DNA of 64,000 nucleotides from Escherichia coli (GTDB lineage Bacteria; Pseudomonadota; Gammaproteobacteria; Enterobacterales; Enterobacteriaceae): NCBI RefSeq assembly GCF_003019035.1, contig NZ_CP027447.1; one strand, 5' to 3'. Shown piece by piece: positions 46,411 to 57,513 of this stretch (position 1 is its first letter; each line of letters starts with the position of its first letter). The notes under the pieces were generated by a model. It saw only the letters and a program-made list of their open reading frames with translations, ran no database searches and was not told where the DNA came from. The position numbers and the translations under genes were made by a program.

Positions 46411-46610
46411 GATGCATATCCTCCGGTTAACAGCGGAGTCCGCGGTTAAATAAAAGGAACAACATGACTTACATGAAATTAACGGCGGCTAAACGCATTG
46501 TTTTTTTTATATATTTATTTGTAATCCAGTTTTGGAAAAACGCCAGTTTTCAAACGAAAGTCAGTTAAAAATCTGCCGGGATATGACGAAGGTGGAGCGG
46601 GGAAATAAAC

Positions 46611-46633
46611 GGCCCATCCATGAGAAATGGGCC
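46611..46633 (-). terminator. Candidate terminator hairpin just downstream of rnb
   Basis: ggcccat / atgggcc stem with 9-nt loop, U-rich tract after it on minus strand. Confidence 0.5.
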
Positions 46634-46644
46634 GTGAAAGGAGA

Positions 46645-48579
46645 TTACGCGACTGGGCGCGCAATAATGCTGCGGGTTTCCATGCGGACTTCGGCAATAG
46701 TGACGTCAATAACGTCAGTCACTTTATAAACCGTTTCACCTTTAATTTGTACGGTGCCGTTTTCCTGGCTGCAAACCAGTTCATCGCGCACAGCGTGTAA
46801 GAAAGGTGCTGGAATAAAGGCGATAGCGCCGTTATCAACCAAACGCACACGCATGCCGCCACGGCTGATATCGACAATTTCCGCCGCGAAACGGGTGTCG
46901 GTCCCGGCTTTGTCTTTCAGGAAGCGTGCGTATAACCAGTCGCCAACATCACGTTCTGCCATTCGGTTGAGACGGCGACGCTCGGCCATTTGGACAGTGA
47001 TTTCATCCTGCGGACGCGTCGCAGTTTCGCCTTTGATAACCGCTTTCAGCAGACGGTGGTTGATCATGTCGCCATATTTACGGATCGGCGAAGTCCAGGT
47101 GGCGTATGCCTCCAGACCGAGGCCAAAGTGAGGACCGGGTTCAGTGCTAATTTCAGCAAATGACTGGAAGCGACGAATGCGGCTGTCGAGGAAACCAGTT
47201 GGTTGCGCATCCAGTTCACGACGCAGTTTGCAGAAACCGTCCAGCGTGAGCACTTCTTCGGCATCGACATGCAGACCGTGGGTTTTCAGCAACGCTGCCA
47301 GCGCGTCGGCATTCGCCGGATCAAAGCCCATATGCACGTTATAGATGCCAAAACCGAGCTTATCGCGCAGTACGCGGGCCGCACAAATGTTAGCGGCAAT
47401 CATCGCTTCTTCGACGATACGGTTGGCAATGCGACGAGGCTCGGCGACGATATCCAGCACTTCACCTTTTTCACCGAGAATAAAGCGGTAATCCGGGCGA
47501 TCTTTAAACACCAGTGCGTGGTTATGACGCCACTCGCCGCGGCGTTGGCAAATTTGCGCTAGCAAACGGACTTGTTCGGCAATTGCTTCGCTTTCAGGCT
47601 GCCAGTCACCGGTATTTTCCAGCCAGTCAGAAACCTGGTCATACACCAGCTTCGCTTTGGATTCGATGGTGGCGGCAAAGAATTCGATATTATCTTCAAT
47701 GGTGCCATCAGCGGAGAGCGTCATGCGGCATGCCAGTACCGGGCGGACTTCATTGGCGCGCAGTGAGCAGAGATCGTCAGAAAGCTCGCGAGGCAGCATA
47801 GGGATGTTGAAGCCAGGCAGATAGTTGGTGAATGCGCGAATTTTCGCGGCTTTGTCCAGCTTGCTGCCTTCAGCAATCCACGCGGTTGGATCGGCAATCG
47901 CCACAATCAGCTGAAGTTTGCCATCCGGCAACGCCTTAGCGAAAAGGGCGTCATCCATATCTTCTGTGCTGGCACTGTCGATGGTGACAAAATCCAGCGC
48001 AGTCAGATCTTCACGAACCAGACCTTCATCGAGCATTTCGGTAGCGACGCCGTCTGGTGCTTCTTTTTCCAGATTATGGCGCGCAAGGGTAACCCACCAC
48101 GGTACAAAGTGATCGTCACCAAAAGTGATGTATTGTGTCAGTTCAGCATAGAAAGAACGATCGCCTTTCAGCGGATGACGGCGCATTTCGGCAACCGCCC
48201 AGTCGCCTTCTTTAAACTCGTGGTTCAGGCCACGGGCTGCGCGGCAAGGAATGGCGTCTTTTAAGAGTGGATGATCAGGAACGATGGCCAGACGGTCATT
48301 TTTGCCCTGAACTTTACCCACGAAACGAGTCAGGAACGGTTCAACCAGTTCTTCTGGCTCTGCGGATTCACGTTCTTTTTCACTGTGGATCACCGCGATA
48401 ATTCGGTCGCCATGCATGACTTTTTTCATCTGCGGCGGCGGAATGAAATAACTTTTTTGCGCGTCGACTTCCAGGAAGCCAAAGCCTTTTTCTGTGGCTT
48501 TTACCACCCCTTCAGCGCGTGGCGTCTGGGAATGCAGTTGCTGTTTAAGCTGCGCTAGCAGCGGGTTGTCCTGAAACAT
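46645..48579 (-). CDS. rnb: Exoribonuclease II
   Basis: ORF track 644 aa; RNB catalytic domain plus S1 domain. Confidence 0.95.
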   Translation of the reverse strand: MFQDNPLLAQLKQQLHSQTPRAEGVVKATEKGFGFLEVDAQKSYFIPPPQMKKVMHGDRIIAVIHSEKERESAEPEELVEPFLTRFVGKVQGKNDRLAIVPDHPLLKDAIPCRAARGLNHEFKEGDWAVAEMRRHPLKGDRSFYAELTQYITFGDDHFVPWWVTLARHNLEKEAPDGVATEMLDEGLVREDLTALDFVTIDSASTEDMDDALFAKALPDGKLQLIVAIADPTAWIAEGSKLDKAAKIRAFTNYLPGFNIPMLPRELSDDLCSLRANEVRPVLACRMTLSADGTIEDNIEFFAATIESKAKLVYDQVSDWLENTGDWQPESEAIAEQVRLLAQICQRRGEWRHNHALVFKDRPDYRFILGEKGEVLDIVAEPRRIANRIVEEAMIAANICAARVLRDKLGFGIYNVHMGFDPANADALAALLKTHGLHVDAEEVLTLDGFCKLRRELDAQPTGFLDSRIRRFQSFAEISTEPGPHFGLGLEAYATWTSPIRKYGDMINHRLLKAVIKGETATRPQDEITVQMAERRRLNRMAERDVGDWLYARFLKDKAGTDTRFAAEIVDISRGGMRVRLVDNGAIAFIPAPFLHAVRDELVCSQENGTVQIKGETVYKVTDVIDVTIAEVRMETRSIIARPVA

Positions 48580-48646
48580 AATTGTCTATTTTGGTGGCCA
48601 TTAGAGCGGCTGACAGTTTTACGCGAATCTGTCTGACGCGGCAAGG

Positions 48647-49774
48647 TTAATATGTCTCACCCAACGCGATTTTTAAGCGATTTATCCAGCCACACAGCCC
48701 GCTCCATACCAGCAGATTAATAATCTGCGTTGATGATTTTTCGTGTTCGAGTAAAGGGCTGAACTGGGCGGCGCTAAAGCGATCGGGTGCTCGGGTCAGC
48801 CATTGTATCGCCTGAACGGTAGCGTGCTCAACAGAATGACGGTCAGCCCATTGGTTAATTTCATTTTCGCCCTTGCGCAGAAGGGGGCTGATTTTTTTAT
48901 ATTCATTTGATGAATCCATACAGGCGGCAAAACAAGCAGGACTGCCATTTATCCGCGCGCATAACAACGCCGCAAGCTTATTATCCGGCTGTGTATTAAC
49001 CCGTGTACTGTTTAACAACCTTTCGAGAAGGGAAAGTGAAATAGGGTGAAGAGAGAGTGTTTCGGCCAGTTGGCAAAGTTCTGCTGTTGAACTTTTTGTG
49101 TACTCTTCAGGGAGTTTTTCCACCTCATAGCTGCTTCGCCAGCGTATTGATTCATCAGCAAACAGTGACGCGTCGGCGTAGTTTTGTATTTCCAGACCGG
49201 GTAACCAGCGTACCGGGTGTCCGAGATAAGCCTGAAATGTCGCAATGGTCCGCGCCTGAAAGCCAATAAAACCAATGATTTGGTTAATGATCACACAGTC
49301 CCAGGCAGTAAGACCGACGTCATTCAGATGCTGGCGCGATCGGTTGTCGATAATAGAAGGCGAGCTAGCCAGTTGGCGGGCATATTGCGTGATTTGTGCC
49401 AACCTATGATTGCTTTCCCTGGAGGAATCAGGCCCGGGGAGCGGCGTAAGTCGCGCCGAATAGTAGTTACATAACCGCTGGACGCCGCAAACCTGAGCAA
49501 CCGTCAGGGCCGTAGACAAGCGTTCATAAGCGGTGAAGGTCTGTGAACGGGTCACGGTAAGCTGGTCAGGGAACAATTCCACTGCAAGAACGCGCGCAGG
49601 GACCAGCCATGAAAGGAAGGGAGCCAGCGTTTCTTCATCAAGGATCACGTCGAGCAGAAAGGGATCGCTGACCTTTGCGGCTTCCGGGACCAGAGGCAGA
49701 ACGTCATACTCCGCAGTACTGGATTGCGTTTCATGATACCAGTGGCTTTTGCCGGTGATGTGGCGTTGTTCCAT
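48647..49774 (-). CDS. yciW: CMD-domain protein YciW (375 aa)
   Basis: ORF track 48647..49852; internal ATG at 49774 after AAGGAG RBS gives [12 protein letters not shown]... Confidence 0.8.
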   Translation of the reverse strand: MEQRHITGKSHWYHETQSSTAEYDVLPLVPEAAKVSDPFLLDVILDEETLAPFLSWLVPARVLAVELFPDQLTVTRSQTFTAYERLSTALTVAQVCGVQRLCNYYSARLTPLPGPDSSRESNHRLAQITQYARQLASSPSIIDNRSRQHLNDVGLTAWDCVIINQIIGFIGFQARTIATFQAYLGHPVRWLPGLEIQNYADASLFADESIRWRSSYEVEKLPEEYTKSSTAELCQLAETLSLHPISLSLLERLLNSTRVNTQPDNKLAALLCARINGSPACFAACMDSSNEYKKISPLLRKGENEINQWADRHSVEHATVQAIQWLTRAPDRFSAAQFSPLLEHEKSSTQIINLLVWSGLCGWINRLKIALGETY

Positions 49775-49918
49775 GGGCGCTCCTTGGTCGTAAAGGAAAT
49801 CGTTATCCTGACGCAAGGCGGGAAGGGGAGAAAGACGGATCGGCGATAACAAATATCAGAAAGGTATAACAGAGATAACGGGCGGCAGAACGCCGCCCAA
49901 TATTTACCAACAGAATGA

Positions 49919-50707
49919 TTATTTCAATTCGAGTTCGTTCATTGCAGCGATGCTGAAACCGCCGTCAACGTGGACCACTTCACCGGAGATACCGGCAGAG
50001 AGATCGGAGCACAGGAATGCCGCGGAGTTACCCACATCTTCAATAGTAACGGTACGGCGAATCGGGGTAACGGCTTCGCAATGAGCCAGCATTTTGCGGA
50101 AGTCTTTGATACCGGAAGCCGCCAGAGTACGGATCGGACCCGCAGAGATGGCGTTAACACGCACACCTTCCGGACCCATCGCGTTCGCCATATAGCGCAC
50201 GTTCGCTTCCAGAGACGCTTTTGCCAGACCCATAACGTTGTAGTTCGGGATAGCGCGCTCAGCGCCAAGGTAGGAAAGGGTCAGCAGGGCAGAACCCGGA
50301 TTCAGCATGGAGCGGCAAGCTTTTGCCATTGCAACGAAGCTGTAGGAGCTGATGTCGTGAGCAATTTTGAAGCCTTCACGGGTAACGGCGTTAACATAGT
50401 CACCATCCAGCTGATCGCCAGGTGCAAAACCAATAGAGTGTACGAAACCGTCAAACTTCGGCCAAACTTTCCCCAGTTCAGCGAACATGGTGTCGATGCT
50501 GGCATCTTCGGCAACATCGCACTGCAGAACGATGTCAGAACCCAATTGAGCGGCAAATTCTTCTACGCGGCCTTTCAGTTTGTCGTTCTGGTAGGTGAAT
50601 GCCAGTTCAGCTCCTTCGCGGTGCATCGCCTGAGCGATACCGTAGGCGATGGACAGTTTGCTGGCAACACCGGTTACCAGAATGCGCTTACCGGAAAGAA
50701 AACCCAT
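49919..50707 (-). CDS. fabI: Enoyl-[acyl-carrier-protein] reductase (NADH) FabI
   Basis: ORF track 262 aa; [16 protein letters not shown]ossmann motif. Confidence 0.95.
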
Positions 50708-51184
50708 AGCTTTAATCCTTATTGTTGATGCTTGTTGTGCCTGAAAATCAGGCGATTCGTCGTTTTAGTAAACAGTACGAACAGATAAACGGTTATTATA
50801 ATCAACCTGGCTGTGGGTGGCTATAGTTGCGCTTTCTGTAGCGGAGAGAAGCTGCGGTACAGAGCATTTTGCGTTATCTACTCCTGACGCCTGCAAGGGG
50901 GAGGTTGGGGAAATATCTTATAGAATCTGACTTTGAAACCATTCGTATTAGCTCCTATAAGTTTGATGATGAAAACAGAACTGGCGACAACAAGTCGCTG
51001 CCTTTCTGATGAATTGACCCCAACTTAATATTGTCAACTATCTTCACAGAATCTCCACAATCTCTTCATTATCAGAATATGCACCATGAATAAGATAAAA
51101 ATACTTTCCATTACTTTGGAGAAACGTATAATCAGCAAAAATGAGAACGATCATTCTCACCAAGTGATAGGCCAGGAGACAGAA

Positions 51185-51751
51185 ATGACCAGCAAGCTGG
51201 AGATACGCCACAAACAGCGTCAGGATGAAATCATTAACGCCGCCCGTCGGTGTTTTCGTCGCTGCGGGTTTCATGCCGCCAGTATGTCGCAAATTGCCAG
51301 CGAAGCTCAGCTTAGCGTGGGTCAGATATATCGTTACTTCGCCAACAAAGACGCCATTATTGAAGAGATGGTTCGCCGTATCATCGACTTTCGTATTGCC
51401 CAAATGGACATTGACGCGCGTACCGATCACTTCCCGGAAGTCCTTGCCTTGCGTAAATCCTTAAATGAGGACGACGACGCGCTGATGCTGGAAGTGGCTG
51501 CAGAAGCCACACGCAACCCGCGGGTTATGGCAATGCTTGAAGAAGCTGACGCCAGAATGTTCGCTAACGGTTGTGCACATATGAAAAGAATGCATCCCCA
51601 TCTTAGCGACGAGCACATTCGTTGCTGCGTTGAAGTGTTTGCTACCATGATGGAAGGTACGGTTTATCGTCGTTTAACACCACAAAAAAGCGATCCACAA
51701 CATCTGCAGGAAATATATCAGGATATTGTTAGTATGTTGATAAATAAATAA
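51185..51751 (+). CDS. TetR-family transcriptional regulator (188 aa) of adjacent efflux operon
   Basis: ORF track 51086..51751; ATG at 51185 after AGGAG RBS; N-terminal TetR HTH (ASMSQIASEAQLSVGQIYRYFANKD). Confidence 0.8.
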   Translation: MTSKLEIRHKQRQDEIINAARRCFRRCGFHAASMSQIASEAQLSVGQIYRYFANKDAIIEEMVRRIIDFRIAQMDIDARTDHFPEVLALRKSLNEDDDALMLEVAAEATRNPRVMAMLEEADARMFANGCAHMKRMHPHLSDEHIRCCVEVFATMMEGTVYRRLTPQKSDPQHLQEIYQDIVSMLINK

Positions 51752-51771
51752 GAACAGAATTAACCAATAGC

Positions 51772-51795
51772 GGGGGATATTAATCCCCCTTATTT
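51772..51795 (+). terminator. Terminator-like hairpin after the TetR gene
   Basis: gggggat atta atccccc followed by ttatttcatt, read directly. Confidence 0.55.
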
Positions 51796-51799
51796 CATT

Positions 51800-51815
51800 G
51801 CGAAATTCATTTCGC
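51800..51815 (+). promoter_or_regulatory. Perfect 16-bp palindrome, candidate TetR operator upstream of the efflux operon
   Basis: gcgaaat-tc-atttcgc (7-2-7), read directly, about 85 nt upstream of MFP start. Confidence 0.4.
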
Positions 51816-51899
51816 GATGCGGGTTCGTTATAACTGAATATCCCTGACATATCCTCATTAATTTCAATGAGGAGGGTATTTCTCACCCTGGAGAAAATA

Positions 51900-53021
51900 A
51901 TGAAGTATATAGCAACATCTGTAGTGGCAATGCTGCTCTTATCGGGTTGTGATAATACGCAAAGTAACAATTCATCCCCGTCAGAAACAGAAGTCGGCGT
52001 TGTTACGCTCAAATCTCAACCGATTTCGGTAGTCAGTGAATTAACCGGACGTACCAGTGCTGCGCTCAGTGCTGAAGTACGTCCGCAGGTTGGGGGAATT
52101 ATCCAGAAACGCTTATTTAAGGAAGGTGATCTGGTCAAGGCTGGACAGCCTCTCTACCAGATTGATGCGGCCAGTTATCAGGCTGCATGGAATGAAGCCC
52201 GGGCAGCATTACAACAAGCACAGGCACTGGTAAAAGCCGATTGCCAGAAAGCGCAGCGTTATACCCGACTGGTGAAAGAGAACGGTGTTTCACAACAGGA
52301 TGCTGATGATGCTCAGTCTACCTGTGCACAAGATAAAGCCAGTGTAGAGGCGAAAAAAGCCGCACTGGAAACTGCGCGCATTAATCTTGACTGGACCACG
52401 GTAACCGCACCGATTTCGGGGCGTATTGGCATTTCGTCGGTAACCCCTGGCGCACTGGTGACCGCGTCGCAGGATACAGCGTTAACGACTATTCGTGGTC
52501 TGGATACAATGTATGTCGACCTCACTCGCTCCAGTGTCGATTTATTACGTCTGCGCAAACAGTCACTGGCGACCAACAGTGACACCATGAGCGTCTCACT
52601 TATTCTGGAAGATGGCACAACCTACAGCGAAAAAGGGCGTCTGGAACTCACCGAAGTCGCGGTGGATGAGTCTACCGGTTCGGTGACATTACGGGCAATT
52701 TTCCCCAATCCACAACAGCAGTTATTACCGGGAATGTTTGTTCGCGCTCGTGTCGATGAAGGCGTGATGGAAGACGCTATTCTCGCGCCTCAACAGGGCG
52801 TTACGCGCGATGCTAAAGGCAATGCAACTGCGCTGGTGGTGAATAAAGACAATAAAGTAGAGCAGCGAACGCTCGAAACGGGAGAAACGTATGGTGATAA
52901 ATGGCTGGTGCTGAACGGCCTGCACAACGGCGACCGACTGATTGTTGAAGGTTCTGCCAAAGTCACTTCAGGGCAGACCGTCAAGGCTGTTGAAGTTCAG
53001 GCTAATGGAGGCAACGCCTGA
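51900..53021 (+). CDS. RND efflux membrane-fusion (periplasmic adaptor) lipoprotein, AcrA/MexA family
   Basis: ORF track 51867..53021; ATG at 51900 after GGAG; lipobox LLSGC; adaptor-type sequence. Confidence 0.85.
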   Translation: MKYIATSVVAMLLLSGCDNTQSNNSSPSETEVGVVTLKSQPISVVSELTGRTSAALSAEVRPQVGGIIQKRLFKEGDLVKAGQPLYQIDAASYQAAWNEARAALQQAQALVKADCQKAQRYTRLVKENGVSQQDADDAQSTCAQDKASVEAKKAALETARINLDWTTVTAPISGRIGISSVTPGALVTASQDTALTTIRGLDTMYVDLTRSSVDLLRLRKQSLATNSDTMSVSLILEDGTTYSEKGRLELTEVAVDESTGSVTLRAIFPNPQQQLLPGMFVRARVDEGVMEDAILAPQQGVTRDAKGNATALVVNKDNKVEQRTLETGETYGDKWLVLNGLHNGDRLIVEGSAKVTSGQTVKAVEVQANGGNA

Positions 53022-56000
53022 TGTTTTCGCGCTTTTTTGTTCGCCGCCCGGTCTTTGCCTGGGTTATCGCCATTTTGATTATGTTGGCGGGGATTCTGGC
53101 TATTCGCACATTGCCCGTCGCGCAATATCCTGACGTTGCACCGCCGACCATTAAAATTTCAGCCACTTATACTGGTGCTTCTGCCGAAACGCTGGAGAAC
53201 AGCGTGACTCAGGTTATCGAGCAACAACTCACTGGGCTTGATAATTTACTCTATTTCAGTTCAACCAGTAGCTCTGATGGTTCGGTCAGTATTAATGTGA
53301 CCTTTGAACAAGGTACCGATCCAGATACTGCACAGGTTCAGGTGCAGAATAAAATTCAGCAGGCGGAGTCGCGCCTACCCAGCGAAGTGCAGCAAACGGG
53401 TGTTACGGTGGAGAAATCACAAAGCAACTTTTTGCTGATTGCTGCCGTGTATGACACCACTGACAAAGCCTCCAGTTCGGATATCGCCGACTGGTTGGTC
53501 AGTAACGTTCAGGACCCGCTGGCGCGTGTTGAAGGTGTGGGGAGTCTGCAAGTCTTTGGCGCGGAATACGCTATGCGCATCTGGCTTGACCCGGCCAAAC
53601 TGGCGTCTTACTCGCTAATGCCTTCAGACGTGCAAAGTGCTATTGAAGCGCAAAACGTGCAGGTTACTGCCGGGAAAATAGGGGCATTGCCTTCACCGAA
53701 TACTCAGCAACTGACCGCAACGGTACGTGCGCAGTCTCGCTTGCAGACGGTGGATCAGTTCAAAAATATTATCGTGAAAAGCCAGTCAGACGGCGCAGTT
53801 GTTCGTATAAAAGATGTGGCTCGCGTTGAGATGGGCAGTGAAGATTATACCGCTATCGGCAAACTTAACGGTCACCCGTCTGCCGGGGTTGCTGTAATGC
53901 TTTCGCCCGGTGCGAATGCGCTGAATACGGCGACGCTGGTCAAGGATAAGATTGCCGAATTCCAGCGGAACATGCCGCAGGGATACGACATCGCATACCC
54001 GAAAGACAGCACTGAATTTATTAAAATCTCCGTAGAGGACGTAATTCAGACGCTGTTTGAAGCCATCGTATTGGTGGTTTGCGTGATGTATTTATTCCTG
54101 CAAAACCTGCGTGCCACACTGATTCCGGCGTTAGCTGTCCCCGTCGTTTTGCTGGGCACATTCGGCGTTCTTGCGTTGTTTGGCTATTCGATTAATACCC
54201 TGACGTTGTTTGCAATGGTGCTGGCGATCGGCTTGCTGGTGGACGATGCCATTGTGGTGGTAGAGAACGTCGAACGCATTATGCGTGACGAAGGGTTGCC
54301 CGCGCGTGAAGCCACGGAAAAATCAATGGGCGAGATTTCTGGCGCACTGGTTGCCATTGCGCTGGTGTTGTCAGCCGTATTCCTGCCGATGGCCTTCTTT
54401 GGGGGATCTACGGGCGTAATTTATCGCCAGTTCTCCATCACCATCATCTCCGCAATGCTGCTTTCCGTGGTAGTGGCATTGACCTTGACTCCCGCCCTGT
54501 GCGGTTCCGTCCTCCAGCATGTTCCGCCACATAAAAAAGGCTTTTTCGGCGCATTTAACCGCTTTTACCGCCGTACTGAAGATAAATATCAGCGAGGCGT
54601 AATTTATGTCCTGCGCCGTGCAGCCCGAACGATGGGGCTTTATGTCGTGCTGGGTGGTGGAATGGCCCTGATGATGTGGAAACTGCCGGGCAGTTTCTTA
54701 CCCACTGAAGACCAGGGCGAAATCATGGTGCAGTACACGCTGCCGGCCGGGGCGACCGCTGCCCGTACAGCAGAAGTGAATCGCCAGATTGTTGACTGGT
54801 TCCTGATTAACGAGAAAGCAAATACCGATGTCATCTTTACCGTTGATGGTTTCAGTTTTAGCGGCAGCGGACAGAACACCGGGATGGCGTTTGTTTCGTT
54901 GAAAAACTGGTCTCAACGTAAAGGGGCAGAAAACACCGCCCAGGCTATCGCCCTACGGGCAACCAAAGAGCTGGGCACAATTCGTGATGCCACGGTATTT
55001 GCGATGACGCCGCCAGCCGTTGATGGGCTGGGGCAAAGCAATGGTTTTACGTTTGAATTGTTAGCTAACGGTGGAACCGATCGTGAAACACTGCTGCAAA
55101 TGCGTAATCAGTTGATAGAAAAAGCGAATCAAAGTCCGGAGTTACATTCTGTACGCGCCAATGATTTGCCACAAATGCCGCAATTGCAGGTAGATATTGA
55201 TAGCAATAAAGCGGTGTCATTAGGGTTGAGTTTGAATGATGTCACCGACACCCTGTCCAGTGCGTGGGGCGGTACTTATGTGAATGACTTTATTGACCGT
55301 GGTCGTGTGAAAAAAGTCTACATTCAGGGCGACAGCGAATTTCGTTCCGCGCCGTCAGACTTAGGTAAATGGTTTGTGCGCGGTAGCGATAACGCTATGA
55401 CACCATTCTCTGCTTTTGCGACCACCCGCTGGCTGTATGGACCGGAAAGACTGGTGCGCTACAACGGCTCGGCAGCCTATGAAATTCAGGGCGAAAACGC
55501 GACTGGCTTTAGTTCCGGCGATGCAATGACAAAAATGGAGGAACTGGCAAACAGTCTTCCTGCGGGAACAACATGGGCCTGGAGTGGTTTGTCATTGCAG
55601 GAGAAACTGGCCAGCGGTCAGGCATTAAGTCTGTATGCAGTTTCTATTCTGGTGGTTTTCCTCTGCCTTGCAGCACTGTACGAAAGCTGGTCAGTCCCGT
55701 TCTCGGTCATTCTGGTGATCCCTCTGGGGCTTCTTGGCGCGGCGCTGGCGGCCTGGATGCGTGATTTAAACAACGATGTTTACTTCCAGGTGGCGCTATT
55801 AACCACTATCGGCTTGTCGTCGAAAAACGCCATTCTGATTGTGGAATTTGCTGAAGCGGCGGTTGCAGAGGGCTATTCCTTGAGTCGTGCGGCATTACGC
55901 GCGGCGCAGACTCGTTTACGCCCAATCATCATGACCTCGCTGGCGTTTATTGCGGGGGTAATGCCGCTGGCGATAGCAACTGGCGCAGGGGCGAACAGCC

Positions 56001-56128
56001 GCATCGCCATTGGTACGGGCATTATTGGCGGCACGCTGACCGCTACATTACTGGCCATTTTCTTCGTTCCTCTGTTTTTTGTACTGGTGAAACGTTTGTT
56101 TGCCGGTAAACCGCGCCGTCAGGAGTAA
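53021..56128 (+). CDS. RND multidrug efflux transporter, HAE1 family (AcrB/MexB-like), 1035 aa
   Basis: ORF track; N-terminus MFSRFFVRRPVFAWVIAILIMLAGILAI typical of AcrB family; 12-TM architecture; TGATG overlap with MFP gene. Confidence 0.9.
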   Translation: MFSRFFVRRPVFAWVIAILIMLAGILAIRTLPVAQYPDVAPPTIKISATYTGASAETLENSVTQVIEQQLTGLDNLLYFSSTSSSDGSVSINVTFEQGTDPDTAQVQVQNKIQQAESRLPSEVQQTGVTVEKSQSNFLLIAAVYDTTDKASSSDIADWLVSNVQDPLARVEGVGSLQVFGAEYAMRIWLDPAKLASYSLMPSDVQSAIEAQNVQVTAGKIGALPSPNTQQLTATVRAQSRLQTVDQFKNIIVKSQSDGAVVRIKDVARVEMGSEDYTAIGKLNGHPSAGVAVMLSPGANALNTATLVKDKIAEFQRNMPQGYDIAYPKDSTEFIKISVEDVIQTLFEAIVLVVCVMYLFLQNLRATLIPALAVPVVLLGTFGVLALFGYSINTLTLFAMVLAIGLLVDDAIVVVENVERIMRDEGLPAREATEKSMGEISGALVAIALVLSAVFLPMAFFGGSTGVIYRQFSITIISAMLLSVVVALTLTPALCGSVLQHVPPHKKGFFGAFNRFYRRTEDKYQRGVIYVLRRAARTMGLYVVLGGGMALMMWKLPGSFLPTEDQGEIMVQYTLPAGATAARTAEVNRQIVDWFLINEKANTDVIFTVDGFSFSGSGQNTGMAFVSLKNWSQRKGAENTAQAIALRATKELGTIRDATVFAMTPPAVDGLGQSNGFTFELLANGGTDRETLLQMRNQLIEKANQSPELHSVRANDLPQMPQLQVDIDSNKAVSLGLSLNDVTDTLSSAWGGTYVNDFIDRGRVKKVYIQGDSEFRSAPSDLGKWFVRGSDNAMTPFSAFATTRWLYGPERLVRYNGSAAYEIQGENATGFSSGDAMTKMEELANSLPAGTTWAWSGLSLQEKLASGQALSLYAVSILVVFLCLAALYESWSVPFSVILVIPLGLLGAALAAWMRDLNNDVYFQVALLTTIGLSSKNAILIVEFAEAAVAEGYSLSRAALRAAQTRLRPIIMTSLAFIAGVMPLAIATGAGANSRIAIGTGIIGGTLTATLLAIFFVPLFFVLVKRLFAGKPRRQE

Positions 56129-56131
56129 GTT

Positions 56132-57505
56132 ATGTTGCGTCGTTCTCTTATTTTTCTGGTGTTGTTGAGTGCGGGATGTGTCTCGCTCGATCCTCACTAC
56201 AGTACGCCTGAATCCCCAATCCCGGCGACCTTGCCGGGAGCACAGGGCCAGGGGAAGGCAATCAGCCATGACTGGCAGCAGGTGATCCACGATCCCCGAT
56301 TGCAGCAGGTAGTAACCATTGCACTGAACAGTAACCGCGAAGTGCAAAAAGCGATTGCTGATATTGACTCAGCACGGGCGCTCTATGGGCAAACTAATGC
56401 GTCGTTATTTCCGACGGTGAATGCGGCCTTAAGTTCGACTCGCAGTCGTTCGCTGGCGAATGGTACGGGAACAACTGCCGAGGCTGACGGCACGGTGTCC
56501 AGTTATACGTTAGATCTGTTTGGTCGTAATCAGAGTTTATCTCGGGCGGCGCGGGAAACCTGGCTTGCCAGTGAATTTACAGCCCAGAACACTCGTTTAA
56601 CGCTGATTGCTGAAATCAGCACCGCCTGGCTGACACTGGCGGCCGATAACAGCAACCTGGCCCTGGCAAAAGAAACGATGGCCAGTGCAGAAAACTCATT
56701 GAAAATTATCCAGCGCCAGCAACAGGTTGGCACGGCGGCAGCGACAGATGTCAGTGAGGCGATGAGTGTTTATCAGCAAGCGCGCGCCAGCGTTGCCAGC
56801 TATCAGACACAAGTGATGCAGGATAAAAATGCGCTGAACTTACTGGCAGGTACAACGCTTGCGGAAAATCTGCTACCGGGAACACTGGAAAGCCTGCCGG
56901 AACAAATGATAAGTCTGGTTCCTGCGGGAGTATCATCTGATGTTCTGCTGCGTCGCCCGGATATCCAGGAAGCGGAACATAATTTGAAGAGCGCCAATGC
57001 AGATATTGGCGCGGCGCGGGCTAACTTTTTCCCGACGATTTCGCTGACTGCCAGTGCCGGTGTTGGCAGTGACGCGTTGTCGTCGTTGTTCAGCCACGGA
57101 ATGCAGATCTGGTCATTTGCGCCATCGGTCACATTACCGCTGTTTACTGGCGGAAGTAATCTGGCGCAGCTTCGTTACGCAGAAGCACAAAAGCGTGGAC
57201 TCATTGCCACCTATGAAAAAACCGTTCAGAGCGCATTTAAAGATGTCGCTAACGCACTGGCGCGGCGGACCACGCTTGAAGAGCAACTGGATGCACAGCG
57301 CCAGTATGTTAAAGCTGAACAACAAACGGTCGATGTTGGCTTGCGTCGCTATCAGGCGGGTGTTGGTGATTACCTGACCGTGTTGACGGCGCAGCGCAGC
57401 TTGTGGAGCGCACAGCAGGAGCTGCTGGCACTGCAACTGACTGATTTTACAAACCGAATCACGCTCTGGCAGTCGCTGGGCGGCGGCATGTCATCACTCA
57501 AGTAA
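56132..57505 (+). CDS. Outer-membrane efflux lipoprotein, OprM/NodT family
   Basis: ORF track 457 aa; lipobox LSAGC; 3 nt after RND stop. Confidence 0.85.
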   Translation: MLRRSLIFLVLLSAGCVSLDPHYSTPESPIPATLPGAQGQGKAISHDWQQVIHDPRLQQVVTIALNSNREVQKAIADIDSARALYGQTNASLFPTVNAALSSTRSRSLANGTGTTAEADGTVSSYTLDLFGRNQSLSRAARETWLASEFTAQNTRLTLIAEISTAWLTLAADNSNLALAKETMASAENSLKIIQRQQQVGTAAATDVSEAMSVYQQARASVASYQTQVMQDKNALNLLAGTTLAENLLPGTLESLPEQMISLVPAGVSSDVLLRRPDIQEAEHNLKSANADIGAARANFFPTISLTASAGVGSDALSSLFSHGMQIWSFAPSVTLPLFTGGSNLAQLRYAEAQKRGLIATYEKTVQSAFKDVANALARRTTLEEQLDAQRQYVKAEQQTVDVGLRRYQAGVGDYLTVLTAQRSLWSAQQELLALQLTDFTNRITLWQSLGGGMSSLK

Positions 57506-57513
57506 GGAATAAT

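Noticed and set aside
49970..50728. 252-aa ORF on the plus strand opposite fabI, and similar long antisense ORFs inside trpB/trpC/trpD/trpE, acnA, rnb, topA and oppA
   Set aside because: They lie entirely within well-supported genes on the opposite strand, lack RBSs and have no recognisable protein features; treated as chance open frames.
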